Of a stretch of DNA of 64,000 nucleotides, positions 63,190-64,000 are shown one piece after another (the stretch's first letter is position 1; each line of letters starts with the position of its first letter). The notes under the pieces are model-generated. The model was not told the DNA's origin and did no database searches. It saw only the letters and a program-made list of their open reading frames with translations. A program made the translations under genes and the position numbers. This DNA comes from Marsupella aquatica (lineage: Eukaryota; Plantae; Marchantiophyta): assembly GCA_973895155.1 (NCBI GenBank), contig OZ316895.1:6620084-6684083 (forward strand), read 5' to 3'.

Positions 63190-63880
63190 AAGAGGAACAT
63201 TAATCGCCACAAAGAGCAGGACCATGAATGCTTTTGGGAGGATTATTTTGCTGACACAGTATTTATGAGAGGCACTTCAGAACGAGATATAGAATGGAAA
63301 AGTCATTGTTTTTTGAGCTCTATCATGATGCAATTTACATTGAACACCAGGCTGCAAGCAATATTGTTAGGATGAAATTCCATCCAAAACTAGATGCAGC
63401 AAGGCTGGGTTCTTGGGTTATCTTTGATGTAGAAAAAATGACAGCAGCTTTTTGTCTCGCTTAGTTTACATACACTGTTATTGGGAGTTTCAGTTGATGC
63501 CTTGGATGAGTGTGTAAGGTCTTGAGAGAGCACAACCAATGAAATCATCAAAGCCTGTACAGTTTTGTGCTGCCATTTGGATTGTATTGGCAGAGCAATA
63601 TCTCACGCAAATAACAAAGGATGACATCCATGGAGGAGAAATTTTGTATCAATGAAGCTTGGGGACTCCCAAGTCTGTTCACTTCCCTTGATATACTGTA
63701 TGCGTCATGAGTGGAAGGACTATTCACTGAAACAAAGATTAGCAAGGGGGTAAGTTTTGTCTTGAAGTCAATTGCAGATCAATCTCTTTGGATGTAGCAT
63801 GCATACTTTGGCTTGAGCCTAGGTTGTAACAATGATGTGAATGTCTTGGGTCATTCTCCCTTTGTCAACAATTTCCTTAA
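63190..63880 (+). pseudogene. Highly degenerate PIF/Harbinger transposase remnant
   Basis: RNINRHKEQDHECFWEDYF, HFRTRYRMEKSLF, GVSVDALDECVR, SIADQSLWM*HAYFG, NNDVNVLGHSPF across shifting frames. Confidence 0.7.
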
Positions 63881-64000
63881 AAAAGCAAATGTGATTCAGT
63901 TGGGTTCACTGCTGGATTGCGGGATTCAACCAATATAGCTATTGACTTAGGAAGTACATGACCTTAAAGTCATTTGTATATCATTTAAGGGTCCGCCCTT

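Overview
Eukaryotic, intron-containing, transposon-rich DNA. The gene families and TE types point to a land plant, possibly non-seed (inference). Left to right: (1) a degenerate CACTA/En-Spm element on the minus strand (TnpA-like and TnpD genes) with co-oriented upstream ORFs for a tandem-BRCT protein, an EDM2-type PHD module and a Cys-rich finger; (2) an RPL18a last-exon fragment; (3) a 5'-truncated Ty1/copia with its 3' LTR; (4) two apparently intact host genes, a two-exon membrane-anchored Ig-like/SGNH-fold protein and DSS1/SEM1; (5) small non-autonomous elements; (6) the main result, a 24.1-kb element (38283-62425) bounded by ~26-bp TIRs (CACTCTTTACAG...CTGTAAAGAGTG) and TA flanks; (7) a Harbinger transposase remnant. 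One arm of the large element encodes a DUF7869/Sola1-like transposase. The other arm encodes a divergently oriented multi-exon gene: F-box, ParB-like, degenerate amino-methyltransferase-like, coiled coil, Ulp1 protease and three FCP1-like domains. Between the arms are two unrelated tandem arrays that share a 16-bp bipartite palindrome, ACGCG-N6-CGCGT, which also recurs singly in several introns and spacers of the element's genes. I infer a transposon-encoded, sequence-targeted chromatin or anti-silencing system. This copy is decayed by stops and frameshifts. All domain calls are by motif recognition from memory; no database search was run.
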